This document shows positions 7,142-17,747 of a stretch of 34,261 bases of DNA, piece by piece; positions within the stretch are counted from its first letter, which is position 1; each line of letters opens with the position of its first letter. The translations under genes were made by a program, and so were the position numbers. The notes below the pieces were generated by a model, which was not told the DNA's origin, did no database searches, and worked only from the letters and a program-made list of their open reading frames with translations. Origin of the DNA: a virus (lineage: Duplodnaviria > Caudoviricetes); IMG/VR virus record IMGVR_UViG_3300030109_001650, positions 1 through 34,261 of that record; one strand, given 5' to 3'.

Positions 7142-7401
7142 TGTGTGCAGGACCATTTAAACCAAGCAGACCACCAGCACCACCACCGCTTAAAGAGGAT
7201 ACGTCTGCTAAGGCGATGAGACAGCGTGAAAGAATTAGACAGCAAGAAGAAACTTCTAAACTTAAAGAACAGCGTTATGAAGAAAGAGTTGCCGCTGCTT
7301 ATGGGAGAATGGGAAGACGTAGTCTTTTATCTGGCAGAAGAGGTGGAACAGGTTTTCAATTACAAGAAAATTTAATGAGTAAGAAAACATTAGGAGCTTA
7401 A
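7141..7401 (+). CDS. Small Pro/Arg-rich protein upstream of portal (probable virion protein)
   Basis: MC-start, poly-Pro, GRRSLLSG and terminal TLG, as commonly seen in genes preceding podoviral portals. Confidence 0.75.
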   Translation: MCAGPFKPSRPPAPPPLKEDTSAKAMRQRERIRQQEETSKLKEQRYEERVAAAYGRMGRRSLLSGRRGGTGFQLQENLMSKKTLGA

Positions 7402-8979
7402 ATGCCAGTTCAACCAGCTAATCCGCCTGAGATTAATCCATTAGAGTCTCCTGTACAGCAGTTACTCAAAAGATATGAACATGCTCGTTCTATAAAAGAC
7501 CAATGGAAAGGTATCTTTGAAGAGTGTTATGAGTATGCTTTACCACAAAGAGAGAGTTTTTATACCGAAAATCCAGGAAGAAGACGTACGGATCGCATAT
7601 TTGATGAGACAGCAGTAGTGGGTGTACAAGAGTTTGCATCTAGATTACAGGCAGGAATCGTACCAAACTATACCAGATGGGCTGATTTTACTGCTGGTAG
7701 TGAAATACCAGAAGAAGATAAGAAAGAAGTCAACATGATGTTAGACAAGGTTACTGAGTATGTATTTGAAATATTACAGAACTCAAACTTCTCACAAGAA
7801 ATACATGAATCGTTTTTAGATATAGCACTTGGCACTGGTGTCATGTTAGTCGAAGAGGGTGATGCTGTTGCACCAATTAGATTCAAAGCAATACCATTAC
7901 CTCAAGTATATATGACCTCTGGTCATGATGATAAAGTGGATCATGTCTTCAGAAGACGTATGATTCGCATGAAAGAACTAGCAGTAGCTTATCCAAATGC
8001 AGAGATATCAGAGAAAATGGCTATGGATATGGCTAAAAATCCAGACAAAAACTGTGAAATCATAGAGGTAGTGTATAGAAATCACTACAATTTAAAGGAA
8101 GAAGAGAACTTTTTTTGTGCAATATCTAAGGAATATGAGGTAAAAATCTACGAAGAAACGTTCAAAGGACAAGGATCTAACCCATTTGTAGTATACAGAT
8201 GGAGTAAATGTGCAGGTGAAACCTATGGTCGTGGTCCATTAATGAACGCACTACCAGCTATTAAGACATCAAATCTTACAATGGAACTAATATTGGAAAA
8301 CGCACAAATGGCTATATCTGGCATGTATCAAGTAGAAGACGATGGAGTAGTCAACGTAGATAATATTCAATTAATTCCGGGAACTATTATACCAAAGGCA
8401 CCGGGCAGTGATGGATTACAACCTATTGGTGGTACAGGTAACTTTAATGTTTCAGATTTAGTTTTAAGAGAAATGAGAACTAATATTAAGAAAGCTTTAT
8501 ATAATGATATGCTTGGCACACCTAATGAAAAAACACCAATGTCAGCTACTGAGGTAGCAGAAAGACAAGCAGATTTGTCCAGACAAATAGGTGCAGCGTT
8601 TGGTAGATTACAATCAGAGATGGTAACACCAATATTACAGCGTGTTATTTATATTCTAAAAAAACAAGGTAGAGTAAAGATTCCTAAAATAAATGGACGT
8701 GAAGTTAAAGTTTCTTCATCTAGTCCATTAGCACAAGCTCAATATCAACAAGATGTCGCTACAGTAGACAGGTTTCTTGGCATGATACAGGGCAGAGTAG
8801 GACCAGAATTAGCTAATATTATTGTAGACCAGATGGCTGTTGCAAAATATATAGCTAATAAACTAGGTATCCCTGAAGAATTAGTACGTTCTCCAGAGGA
8901 AATGCAAGCAGCTGCGCAACAAATGGCACAGATGATGCAACAACAACAACCGCAGGAGGATGCACCTCCTGAACAATAG
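7402..8979 (+). CDS. Portal (head-tail connector) protein, T7 gp8-like
   Basis: 525 aa; RWSK..GETYGRGP and MSATEVAER motifs; Gln-rich C-terminus. Confidence 0.95.
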   Translation: MPVQPANPPEINPLESPVQQLLKRYEHARSIKDQWKGIFEECYEYALPQRESFYTENPGRRRTDRIFDETAVVGVQEFASRLQAGIVPNYTRWADFTAGSEIPEEDKKEVNMMLDKVTEYVFEILQNSNFSQEIHESFLDIALGTGVMLVEEGDAVAPIRFKAIPLPQVYMTSGHDDKVDHVFRRRMIRMKELAVAYPNAEISEKMAMDMAKNPDKNCEIIEVVYRNHYNLKEEENFFCAISKEYEVKIYEETFKGQGSNPFVVYRWSKCAGETYGRGPLMNALPAIKTSNLTMELILENAQMAISGMYQVEDDGVVNVDNIQLIPGTIIPKAPGSDGLQPIGGTGNFNVSDLVLREMRTNIKKALYNDMLGTPNEKTPMSATEVAERQADLSRQIGAAFGRLQSEMVTPILQRVIYILKKQGRVKIPKINGREVKVSSSSPLAQAQYQQDVATVDRFLGMIQGRVGPELANIIVDQMAVAKYIANKLGIPEELVRSPEEMQAAAQQMAQMMQQQQPQEDAPPEQ

Positions 8980-8987
8980 GAGTCATA

Positions 8988-9275
8988 ATGGCAGAGAAAA
9001 AGCCCAATATGCTTATAGGTTTGGACAATATCCAAAGAAAACCGCAAGATGAGGAGAACTTAAATACTTTGTTTTACAAACTGTTCACAACCACAGGTGG
9101 ATCTCAAGTATTAAAATATCTTAAATCTCTTTCTATCGAGGCAGTAGCTGGTCCAGAAGTATCGGACCAACAACTACGTCACTTAGAGGGACAGCGTTAT
9201 CTTGTAGGATTAATCCAAAGAAGAGTTAACAAAGGTATAAGTCAAAACGCAATACAGGAGAAATCAAATGGCTGA
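8988..9275 (+). CDS. Bbp19-like phage protein
   Basis: LF.T..G..VLKYL and LEGQRYLV motifs; located between portal and scaffold. Confidence 0.75.
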   Translation: MAEKKPNMLIGLDNIQRKPQDEENLNTLFYKLFTTTGGSQVLKYLKSLSIEAVAGPEVSDQQLRHLEGQRYLVGLIQRRVNKGISQNAIQEKSNG

Positions 9276-10047
9276 AGAACAAATACAAACAACTGAAGAG
9301 ACAACACAAGCAGAAGATGTTTCACGTGAAACATTAGATGTACCTGCACCAACTAGACCAGAATATGTACCAGAGAAGTTTTGGAATGATGAAACAGGTG
9401 AAGTAAAAACAGAAGACTTAGCTAAGTCCTATGTTAATCTAGAAAAATTTTCTACTGGTAAGAAAGAAGAAATGAAAGAACAACTGCTTACTGAATTACA
9501 AACAGAAGCAGAAGAGGGACTACCAGAAGATCCAGCAGGTTATAAACTACCATCATTAGTGGAGGGAATTACTGAAGAAATGGTAGAACAAAACCCATTA
9601 ACTGATTGGTGGCGTAATCATTGCCATGAATTGGGTTTACCTGAAGAAGTATTTCAATCTGGTGTTAATAATTACACTGATATTCTTATGCAAAATCAAC
9701 CAGATTTAGATGCTGAAGCAGAAAAATTAGGTGAAAATGCATCAGAAAGAATAGAAGCTGTAAATGCATGGGCATCTTCACAGTTTCCACCAGAGGAATT
9801 TGAAGCAATACAGATGATTGGTTCTAGTGCTATAGGTATATCTGCACTTGAAAGAATCATGGATATGCAAAAATCTTCTATGGGTAGATCGAGTGAAGTA
9901 GCTAAACCAGCGCAAGAACTAACAATCGATACAGTAAAAGAAATGATGAAAGACAAGAGGTATTTTGATCCAAGACACAGGGATTCTTCTTATGTAAAAC
10001 AAGTAGATGACGCGTGGGCTAGATTAAATATGGCTGGCAAAGTCTAA
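9268..10047 (+). CDS. Capsid scaffolding/assembly protein
   Basis: Acidic; RPEYVPEKFW, LAKSYVNLEK and C-terminal MKDKRYFD motifs; upstream of the capsid gene. Confidence 0.85.
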   Translation: MAEEQIQTTEETTQAEDVSRETLDVPAPTRPEYVPEKFWNDETGEVKTEDLAKSYVNLEKFSTGKKEEMKEQLLTELQTEAEEGLPEDPAGYKLPSLVEGITEEMVEQNPLTDWWRNHCHELGLPEEVFQSGVNNYTDILMQNQPDLDAEAEKLGENASERIEAVNAWASSQFPPEEFEAIQMIGSSAIGISALERIMDMQKSSMGRSSEVAKPAQELTIDTVKEMMKDKRYFDPRHRDSSYVKQVDDAWARLNMAGKV

Positions 10048-10574
10048 TGCTTTATGTTGAAAAGTCTACGCCAGAACATGCATTTGCTCTGGCGTTTGAC
10101 CTTAGACAAGAAGACAAATATGAGGTAGCACTAGCAGGTCATACACCACTAGATGCTTTAATTGCACCTTTTAGATATACAAGACAGGGTGTAAACACGT
10201 ATACTGTACTCAATACTGGAATACCAGTAGCTATGTTTGGCGTTATATCCACTCCACAAAACGTCAAACATGGCGCAGTATGGTTTCTTTCGTCCTACAA
10301 ATTAGACAATGACATGCGTTATTTTACTAAAAGAACTAAAAAATGGGTAGATTACTTCCTTGCAGACTACGAATATGTATATAACTACATAACAGTAGAA
10401 CATAAGAAGAACATAAGATGGCTTAAATGGTTAGGTTTTAAATTTAAAACAGAGAAAATTCTTGTTAAAAACGTTGAGGTGTTGTATTTTTATAGACAGA
10501 TACAGGGTGTATCTAAAGATATACAGCCCATAATAGGGGACATCGGTCCTAAATGGATAACCGATCTAAGCTAA
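10047..10574 (+). CDS. T7 gp13-like/DUF2833 GNAT-fold protein
   Basis: LRQED..EV, AMFGV, GAVWFLSS and YNYI....NIRWLKWLGF motifs. Confidence 0.75.
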   Translation: MLYVEKSTPEHAFALAFDLRQEDKYEVALAGHTPLDALIAPFRYTRQGVNTYTVLNTGIPVAMFGVISTPQNVKHGAVWFLSSYKLDNDMRYFTKRTKKWVDYFLADYEYVYNYITVEHKKNIRWLKWLGFKFKTEKILVKNVEVLYFYRQIQGVSKDIQPIIGDIGPKWITDLS

Positions 10575-10619
10575 GTTGGACAACTGTTAGTTTAACAATT
10601 AACAATTTGGAGGCTTAAT

Positions 10620-11444
10620 ATGGCAACGCAAATTAGTACCGCGTTTATTAAGCAGTTTGAAGCCGAAGTCCACATGGCTTATCAAAGGATGGGTTCCAAA
10701 CTGCGCAATACAGTGCGTAATACAAATAACGTTACAGGCAACCAAGCACGATTCCAAAAGGTTGGTAAAGGTTCAGCGTCTACTAAATCTAGACATGGAC
10801 AAGTCAACACAATGGAAGTTACACACTCTACAGTAGATGTAACATTGGCAGATTACTATGCTGCTGATTATGTTGATAGCTTAGATGAGCTAAAAACAAA
10901 CATCGATGAAAGACAAGTGTTAGCTACATCGGCTGCGGCTGCTTTAGGGCGTAAAATGGATCAATTAATTATTGATGTACTTGACGCTGGTTCAAACTCA
11001 AACAATGTGGTTCATGGTTCAGCAGCTTTAACATTAGCTAAAGCACTAACCGTATATGAAGCATTTGGTGAGGCAGATGTACCAGATGATGGTCAAAGAT
11101 ATTTTGTTGTATCACCAGCTGGATGGGCAGATTTACTACAAATCGACCAATTCAGTAGAGCAGAATACGTAGGAGAAACTGATTTACCATACGCTGGCGG
11201 AATGACAGCTAAAAGATGGCTTGGTTTCTTATGGTTTACTCATTCTGGACTATCAATTTCTAGTACAACTAGGGACTGTCATGCATACCACAGCTCGTCT
11301 GTTGGTCTTGCTACTGGTTCTGATGTACGTACAGAAATGAACTATGTACCAGAAAAAGTAAGTAATTTAATAACTTCATACTTTAGTGCAGGATCTGTCA
11401 TGATTGACAATGATGGTGCTATTGAATGTCAGATAACAGAATAA
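10620..11444 (+). CDS. Major capsid protein
   Basis: AFIKQFEAEVHMAYQRMGSKLR N-terminus, ALGRKMDQLII; RBS GGAGG. Confidence 0.93.
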   Translation: MATQISTAFIKQFEAEVHMAYQRMGSKLRNTVRNTNNVTGNQARFQKVGKGSASTKSRHGQVNTMEVTHSTVDVTLADYYAADYVDSLDELKTNIDERQVLATSAAAALGRKMDQLIIDVLDAGSNSNNVVHGSAALTLAKALTVYEAFGEADVPDDGQRYFVVSPAGWADLLQIDQFSRAEYVGETDLPYAGGMTAKRWLGFLWFTHSGLSISSTTRDCHAYHSSSVGLATGSDVRTEMNYVPEKVSNLITSYFSAGSVMIDNDGAIECQITE

Positions 11445-11454
11445 GGAGGATAAC

Positions 11455-11703
11455 ATGGCTTTAGATGCAACAAATCTTAAAAAGATAGCTGGTGCTGGCG
11501 ACATGAATCTCTTTGTTTATAAGAGTACTGACGCTATTGGAACAATTGTAGCTTCGGGTTATTTTAATAGCTCGACTGATGACTTAAAACAGTTTGATAC
11601 AATTATAGTAACTGGTGCCACAGGTGGTACAGCTACTGTAGATGTTATTACTGTTTCTAGTGCAACAGGTGCTACAACAGTTACAACAACTAACGGAACA
11701 TAG
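11455..11703 (+). CDS. Small Thr-rich virion protein (possible capsid decoration)
   Basis: Strong RBS AAGGAGG; directly after the capsid gene and before a hairpin; YKSTDA....ASGYFN motif. Confidence 0.7.
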   Translation: MALDATNLKKIAGAGDMNLFVYKSTDAIGTIVASGYFNSSTDDLKQFDTIIVTGATGGTATVDVITVSSATGATTVTTTNGT

Positions 11704-11711
11704 GATGTTCA

Positions 11712-11737
11712 GGGGCTGGTTTTTATTTACCAGCCCC
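11712..11737 (+). terminator. Putative intrinsic terminator/attenuator after the capsid genes
   Basis: 9-bp stem ggggctggt/accagcccc followed by actttaaatt. Confidence 0.65.
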
Positions 11738-11747
11738 ACTTTAAATT

Positions 11748-12359
11748 ATGGCAGACAGTAAATTTGATATATGTAGTAAAGCCCTAGTTTTAGTAGGAGC
11801 GAACACTATTACTTCATTTACTGAAAATACAACAGAATCAACAGTAGCAAATCAACTGTATGAATCTACATTAGAAAATATGTTATCTAGATGTAGGTGG
11901 AGATTTGCAACAAAACAACAACAATTATCAAGAGATACAGAAACACCTACAGCAAGATGGTCTGCAAAGTATTCAATACCTGCTGATGCCTTAATATTAC
12001 ATACTGTAACTGTAGGAGACTCTGTTATTGAATATGATAGATACGAGGACTATGTCTTATGTGATGCTTCATCAGGTGATACTGTAGTAGCTGATTTTAC
12101 ATTTCAGCCATCAGAAGCACACTTTCCACCCTATTTCAAACAAGCATTAGTATTTGAACTAGCATCTTTATTTGCTGGTGCAATAGCTAGAAACGATAGC
12201 TTGTCACAACTGTATCAACAAAGAGCAGTAGCTCAACTTGCTTATGCTAAAGCGCAAGACTCACAAGCACAAACAACAAGAAGAGTCGATACAACTAGAT
12301 TTAGAAATAGGAGGAACAGTGGTTCTTTAGGCACAGTTAAAGCCACTGTATCATCATAA
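11748..12359 (+). CDS. Tail tubular protein A (T7 gp11-like)
   Basis: DICSKALVLVG, WRFATK and FPPYFKQAL motifs; position after capsid. Confidence 0.85.
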   Translation: MADSKFDICSKALVLVGANTITSFTENTTESTVANQLYESTLENMLSRCRWRFATKQQQLSRDTETPTARWSAKYSIPADALILHTVTVGDSVIEYDRYEDYVLCDASSGDTVVADFTFQPSEAHFPPYFKQALVFELASLFAGAIARNDSLSQLYQQRAVAQLAYAKAQDSQAQTTRRVDTTRFRNRRNSGSLGTVKATVSS

Positions 12360-14858
12360 ATGCCAATAGCCAGATATCATCAAGCAGATTTTGCTACAGG
12401 AGAAATAGATCCAAAGTTTATATCTAGAACAGATGTAGAGAAATATCGTTCTAGTCTACAAAAAGCTCGTAATGTATTACTTAGAACACAAGGTGGTTTT
12501 GAAAGAAGACCGGGAACATTATTTAGAGCAGACCTAGGCGCAGCTTCTAGACTTGAACCATTTATATTTTCAGAAGACCAAGAGTATGTGTTTGCATTTC
12601 AACATCAAGCATTGAAGATTTATTCAACAGCAGGTGTATTGTTACAAACAATTACAAGTCAACCATGGACATCTAGTAACTACAATGAATTAAACTTTAC
12701 ACAACAAGGCGATACTATGATTGTCTGTCATTCTACGTTTATACCAAAAGTTATTAAAAGAACAGGTGCTACTACATTTACATCTACAGATTTTGCATTT
12801 GATACTAGTTTGAATGGCAAACGTACATATCAACCATATTTTAAATTTGCAGACGATACAGTTACACTTGATGTTAATACAGCATCTGCTGGAACTGGAG
12901 TAATTATAGATGCAAGTACATCATATTTTACATCTGATTATGTTGGTACAAAATTATTATTTAACGATAGAGTAGAAGCAACAATTACTGGATTTACAAA
13001 TGCATCAAGAGTTACTGCTACACTCAATGAAGATTTAGAAGTTGAATTAGATGAAGATCCATTTGCAACACAACAAGGTTCAGGTGTTGTAAAAGTTACT
13101 CATGTAGCACATGGATTAGGTACAGGTATGCAAGTAACTATATCTGGTGCAGAAGACATAATGACTCTGAACGATGCTGATCCTCCTGTAGATGAGGGAC
13201 TTGCTGCTAGTAACTTAAATGCTAATTTTAACATAACCGTAGTAGACGATGACCATTACGAAATAACTGCTGCAAATAGTGACACAGCTACAGAGTCTGT
13301 AGATGGCGGAGGTGTACGTGTTGTTGTAAAATCTCATGCACCTACTAGAAATTGGAAAGAACAAGTTGTATCAACAGTCAATGGATTTCCAAAAGCAATA
13401 GCATTTCATGAACAAAGATTATTTTTTGGTGGTGTTACAAACATTCCAGATTTACTTGCGGGATCTAAAGTAGGACAGTTTTTTAATTTTGATGTTGGTG
13501 ACTCTGATGATTCAGACTCTATACAAATACAAATTGCATCTGATGAAATTAATGAAATAAGACATATATTATCTGGTCAAAGATTAGAAATACTTACTAA
13601 TACAGCAGAGTGGTATTTAAGACCAGCTGTAGGTAAACCGATAACACCAGTTGATATAAGTGTAATTAAACAAAGTAATCTTGGTTCACAGCTATCAGGT
13701 ATTACTAGAAAGTTTGATGGCGGTACATTATTTGTACAAACTAATGGTAAAGTCATTCGATCATATGAATGGGATGGTGGTACAGAACAATATACTGCTG
13801 CACCAATAAGTTTATTATCTAGTCACTTGATACAAAATCCTACTGATTCAGATAGAATAAAAGCACTTAGCGAAAGCGATCAACAGTTAGCATTGTTTAC
13901 AAGTACAGATGGTTCACTTGCTATTTACTCAGCACACAAATTAGAAAACTTAAAAGGATGGGTTAAATGGACAACAGATGGTACATACTCATCAATAGCA
14001 TGTACAAGCAATAATATATATTCAGCAGTAACTAGGACTATAAATTCTGCAACAGTTTATTATTTAGAACAATTTGCTGATACAGCTTTTGATTTACCAA
14101 CAGATATGACAGTAACAAAAACGGTGTCGGGGAGTTACCAACCTCATGGTTCACCCCTTACAAATGGCGCGGTCTCAAGCTCCTCGACACTTATAATTGA
14201 TGGATGTACACAAGCACCACAAACAGGAGAAACCTTTCAGTTTGCTGGGACAGGCACTGTATACACAATACAATCATCTACAGCTACAGGTAATAGCAAT
14301 GAATATGCTATATCAATAAGTGGTGCAGTTAGTCAATCTGATGGCGTAGCGTTACAATTTGTAACAAGCAGAACATTTACAGGATTAAATAGCACACCTG
14401 ATATGCGTGCTAAAACAGTACACGCTACATCAGGATCAACTGAGGGCGGTAATATTAAATACTATGGGAGTGCAACAGTAGATACTAATGGGGTTGCAGT
14501 ATTTGATATTCCTGCAAGTGCTATTGATATTGGTCTAGATTATGATGTCGAAGTACAAACATTGCCACCAATAGTTTTATCACAACCAGCGGCAGGTCAA
14601 GCTGGGTTAATTGGCTACCCTAGAAAAATAGCCAAAGCTATTTTAGAATTATCATCAACATACAATATCAAAGTAAATACTAATGATGTTATAGTACAAA
14701 CAACATCACAGTTAGATACAAACACTACTATGAATAGTTATACAGGTAAAAAAGAAGTACATCTATTAGGTTATAATACAGAACCTACTCTAACTATTAC
14801 TCAAGGTATACCAACACCTATGAGAGTAATTGGCATAACTCAGGAGGTATATTATTAA
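12360..14858 (+). CDS. Tail tubular protein B (T7 gp12-like nozzle)
   Basis: 832 aa; FATGEIDP, GGFERRPGT, FTQQGD and FHEQRLFFGG motifs. Confidence 0.9.
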   Translation: MPIARYHQADFATGEIDPKFISRTDVEKYRSSLQKARNVLLRTQGGFERRPGTLFRADLGAASRLEPFIFSEDQEYVFAFQHQALKIYSTAGVLLQTITSQPWTSSNYNELNFTQQGDTMIVCHSTFIPKVIKRTGATTFTSTDFAFDTSLNGKRTYQPYFKFADDTVTLDVNTASAGTGVIIDASTSYFTSDYVGTKLLFNDRVEATITGFTNASRVTATLNEDLEVELDEDPFATQQGSGVVKVTHVAHGLGTGMQVTISGAEDIMTLNDADPPVDEGLAASNLNANFNITVVDDDHYEITAANSDTATESVDGGGVRVVVKSHAPTRNWKEQVVSTVNGFPKAIAFHEQRLFFGGVTNIPDLLAGSKVGQFFNFDVGDSDDSDSIQIQIASDEINEIRHILSGQRLEILTNTAEWYLRPAVGKPITPVDISVIKQSNLGSQLSGITRKFDGGTLFVQTNGKVIRSYEWDGGTEQYTAAPISLLSSHLIQNPTDSDRIKALSESDQQLALFTSTDGSLAIYSAHKLENLKGWVKWTTDGTYSSIACTSNNIYSAVTRTINSATVYYLEQFADTAFDLPTDMTVTKTVSGSYQPHGSPLTNGAVSSSSTLIIDGCTQAPQTGETFQFAGTGTVYTIQSSTATGNSNEYAISISGAVSQSDGVALQFVTSRTFTGLNSTPDMRAKTVHATSGSTEGGNIKYYGSATVDTNGVAVFDIPASAIDIGLDYDVEVQTLPPIVLSQPAAGQAGLIGYPRKIAKAILELSSTYNIKVNTNDVIVQTTSQLDTNTTMNSYTGKKEVHLLGYNTEPTLTITQGIPTPMRVIGITQEVYY

Positions 14859-15496
14859 TGTGTGATCCAGTAACATTAACAGCTGTTTCAAGTGGTATGT
14901 CTTATCTTGGTGGTACTTCTATGTTAGCCGGTACTTCAATTGGTACTGGTTTGATTAATGCATCTACATTTATTAATTCAAGTAGTAGTATATTTAAAGC
15001 AAGTCAAGCAGTGACTGGTGTACTATCTAGTCCAATAGCTAGTATAGGTTTAAGTGCAATGCAAGGTCGTCAATCAGGTGAAGCAGACTTACAAGCAGCA
15101 CAAAACGCAAGATTACAACAACAACAAGCTAGAGATAATGCTGATAGAGAAAGACTAAAATATAGATCAGAAGAATTAGAACGCAGAAAAAAATACATAA
15201 GTGACCTAAGTAGTTCCAGAGCATTGATGGCTAAATATGGTTACACATCACAAAGTCCATCAGCTAATGCATTACTTAGAAAAAATAGAGAAACATATAT
15301 GCTTGACCAAAATGCAATACGTATGACAGGAATAGACCAAGTACTTGCACAAGAAAGGTCAGCACAAACATTTGGTGAAGAAGCTAAACAACTAACTAAA
15401 CGTGGTAAACGCGCACCATTAAATGCAACATTGAAAGGTATATCAGATAACTTTAAAACATTTAGAGAAACCGCAGCGACCAAACTATTAAAATAA
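14858..15496 (+). CDS. Internal virion protein (gp14-like)
   Basis: MCDPVT start, Gly/Ser-rich N-terminus then coiled coil; follows tail tube B. Confidence 0.7.
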   Translation: MCDPVTLTAVSSGMSYLGGTSMLAGTSIGTGLINASTFINSSSSIFKASQAVTGVLSSPIASIGLSAMQGRQSGEADLQAAQNARLQQQQARDNADRERLKYRSEELERRKKYISDLSSSRALMAKYGYTSQSPSANALLRKNRETYMLDQNAIRMTGIDQVLAQERSAQTFGEEAKQLTKRGKRAPLNATLKGISDNFKTFRETAATKLLK

Positions 15497-15497
15497 A

Positions 15498-17747
15498 ATG
15501 GCACTCAAAGACGAAAGAACAAATAAATATGCAGGAGCAATAGGAGTAGTAAGCCCATCTACTGCACGTATTGATTCAAAAAGACAAGAAGCAAACCTGT
15601 TTGAAAGTCTTGCAGATAGTGTTGCAAAAAATGCGTATTCATCAGCAGTACAAACTGGAAAGATAAAAGCGTCATTAGCAGCAGATACCTATCAATTTAC
15701 TACAGAGAATAGAAAATTTACTATCAATAATCCAAATGGTACACAAACAGAATATGAAAAAGAAGTACCTATTCCTTATGAATTTCCACCTGAGTTATCT
15801 CAGTATTCAGATACAGCTACATTTGATGTATTTCAAGAAAAAGTTGCTAAGAGATATATAAGCGAATTAGAAACTGTTTCATCTGACATAATATTAAAAG
15901 AAGAATCTAGAGCCATAATGGATGGCGCAGAACAAATGGTATTTGAACAAGGCGTTAGAGGTGCATTAGGTGATTTTTATGAAAGCATATCACCAAACGT
16001 AGCAAACGTATTAAAACTATCAGATGAAAGATTAATAATACAAAGAGGCAGGATAGTACAAAACAATTATAATGAAAGACAGCTAACTGAATTAAACACC
16101 TATACGACAAATGCACAATCAAAAGCATATAATTATACACATGAATTGTTAATAAATGGTCAATCTACAAAAGAAGCAATAAATGATTACATAACCAGAC
16201 AAAATAATTCTTCTGGATCAGAAACTTTTAATAAGAAAAAAATAGAACAAACCACCAAAATTATACAAGACATGGAAAAGTTATATAAAATACTTGAGCC
16301 ACATATTGTACCTCATGCTAATGATGACACAGATAAACTTGCAGATAGCACATTAATAGCAAATGTATTTTTAGAGAAATCAGGCAAGTCAGTAACTTTA
16401 TCTAATAATAAAAAATTAGATATAACATTGTTAAATGATATAGATAACAAAGCAATTAACCAAATTAAAAACAGATTAACAACAGTTAATGGTGCAAATG
16501 AACAGTACCAAAAAGTAATACGTAATAAAGCTTTTATAAATAAAGCAATAGAAACTAATACTATAGAAAGATTTGGAACATCATCTGGTCAATCACCAAA
16601 GGATGTAGCTAAAATGTTATTTGAAACACCCGGTTTACTCAAAGATGTATATCAACAATACTTAACAGATATTCCTCAAGATGAAGACTATGTAGCACAA
16701 AATGATAACCCTTTAGCTGATAATGGATTTAGAACGTTATTATTTAATCAAGGACTTGTACCTGAGAATTTAAGAAATGATATATCTACTGCTATAAACA
16801 GTGAGGATCCAGAATTAATATATAGAAATATTATGTTTATAAAAGAGTTAAAAGGTTCAGGAGTTCAATTAAGCAAAATGGGATTTACAGAATCTGATGA
16901 AGATAAAATCCATGTATTAGGTATGGCTCAACCTAGTGGTCCAGATGGCACAGTACAGTCTACAGAAATACTTAGATACATAAATAATATAAAAACAGCA
17001 AAAGAATTAGTATCTAGAGAAAAACTTACAGAAAGATACTTAGCAGATGTAAAAGAAAAATATGGCTCATTAGATAAATTTGACAGAAAAATATCTGAAC
17101 GTTTAGATGTAATTGTAGCTAATCAAACAGAACAAGTACGTAATACATTAGACGATGTGTATTATGGAAGTGTAGTTACAGGTAGAGTAAGAAGAGCAAT
17201 TGTTAGAAGAATAAATAATGCAGGCGCAGAGTTAGATGACGATATGTTAGATGACGTTATAAACACTGAAGTTAATAAAATGTTAGGTAGTGGAGAATAT
17301 GCATTTAGTACAAGAGGTGTAAGATTTAGAAAAGAGGGTAATGTAGAAGACTCTTTTACACTAGGCGATATTATAAACCCATTACAATATGTTCCTGATT
17401 TTATATACAATGCAGATGCTATAGATAGACAAGGTGTATTTATGTACGATGCACCAGAAGCACATCATGGTATTAATGATAGTGTAGAGTATCTTGTGCC
17501 TTTTGCAGAACAGATAGTAAAAAATCACTTCGATGAATTACAAAAAGAATATCCAAATTCTAATATAGTACGACCTGAAAACATTGCAGATAATATTAGG
17601 TTTGAATCTATTAGAACTGGTAGAGGTGTTGATTTTGTAATTGTATTAGTTAGCCCAGATGGTAGTGAACAAATGTTATCTACACCTAGTGCTGGTTTGT
17701 TAAAAATGGACCATGAACAAATACAAGATATTAAGGATAGATTGTAA
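15498..17747 (+). CDS. Internal virion protein (gp15-like by position)
   Basis: 749-aa, predicted helical ORF in the ejection-protein position. Confidence 0.65.
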   Translation: MALKDERTNKYAGAIGVVSPSTARIDSKRQEANLFESLADSVAKNAYSSAVQTGKIKASLAADTYQFTTENRKFTINNPNGTQTEYEKEVPIPYEFPPELSQYSDTATFDVFQEKVAKRYISELETVSSDIILKEESRAIMDGAEQMVFEQGVRGALGDFYESISPNVANVLKLSDERLIIQRGRIVQNNYNERQLTELNTYTTNAQSKAYNYTHELLINGQSTKEAINDYITRQNNSSGSETFNKKKIEQTTKIIQDMEKLYKILEPHIVPHANDDTDKLADSTLIANVFLEKSGKSVTLSNNKKLDITLLNDIDNKAINQIKNRLTTVNGANEQYQKVIRNKAFINKAIETNTIERFGTSSGQSPKDVAKMLFETPGLLKDVYQQYLTDIPQDEDYVAQNDNPLADNGFRTLLFNQGLVPENLRNDISTAINSEDPELIYRNIMFIKELKGSGVQLSKMGFTESDEDKIHVLGMAQPSGPDGTVQSTEILRYINNIKTAKELVSREKLTERYLADVKEKYGSLDKFDRKISERLDVIVANQTEQVRNTLDDVYYGSVVTGRVRRAIVRRINNAGAELDDDMLDDVINTEVNKMLGSGEYAFSTRGVRFRKEGNVEDSFTLGDIINPLQYVPDFIYNADAIDRQGVFMYDAPEAHHGINDSVEYLVPFAEQIVKNHFDELQKEYPNSNIVRPENIADNIRFESIRTGRGVDFVIVLVSPDGSEQMLSTPSAGLLKMDHEQIQDIKDRL

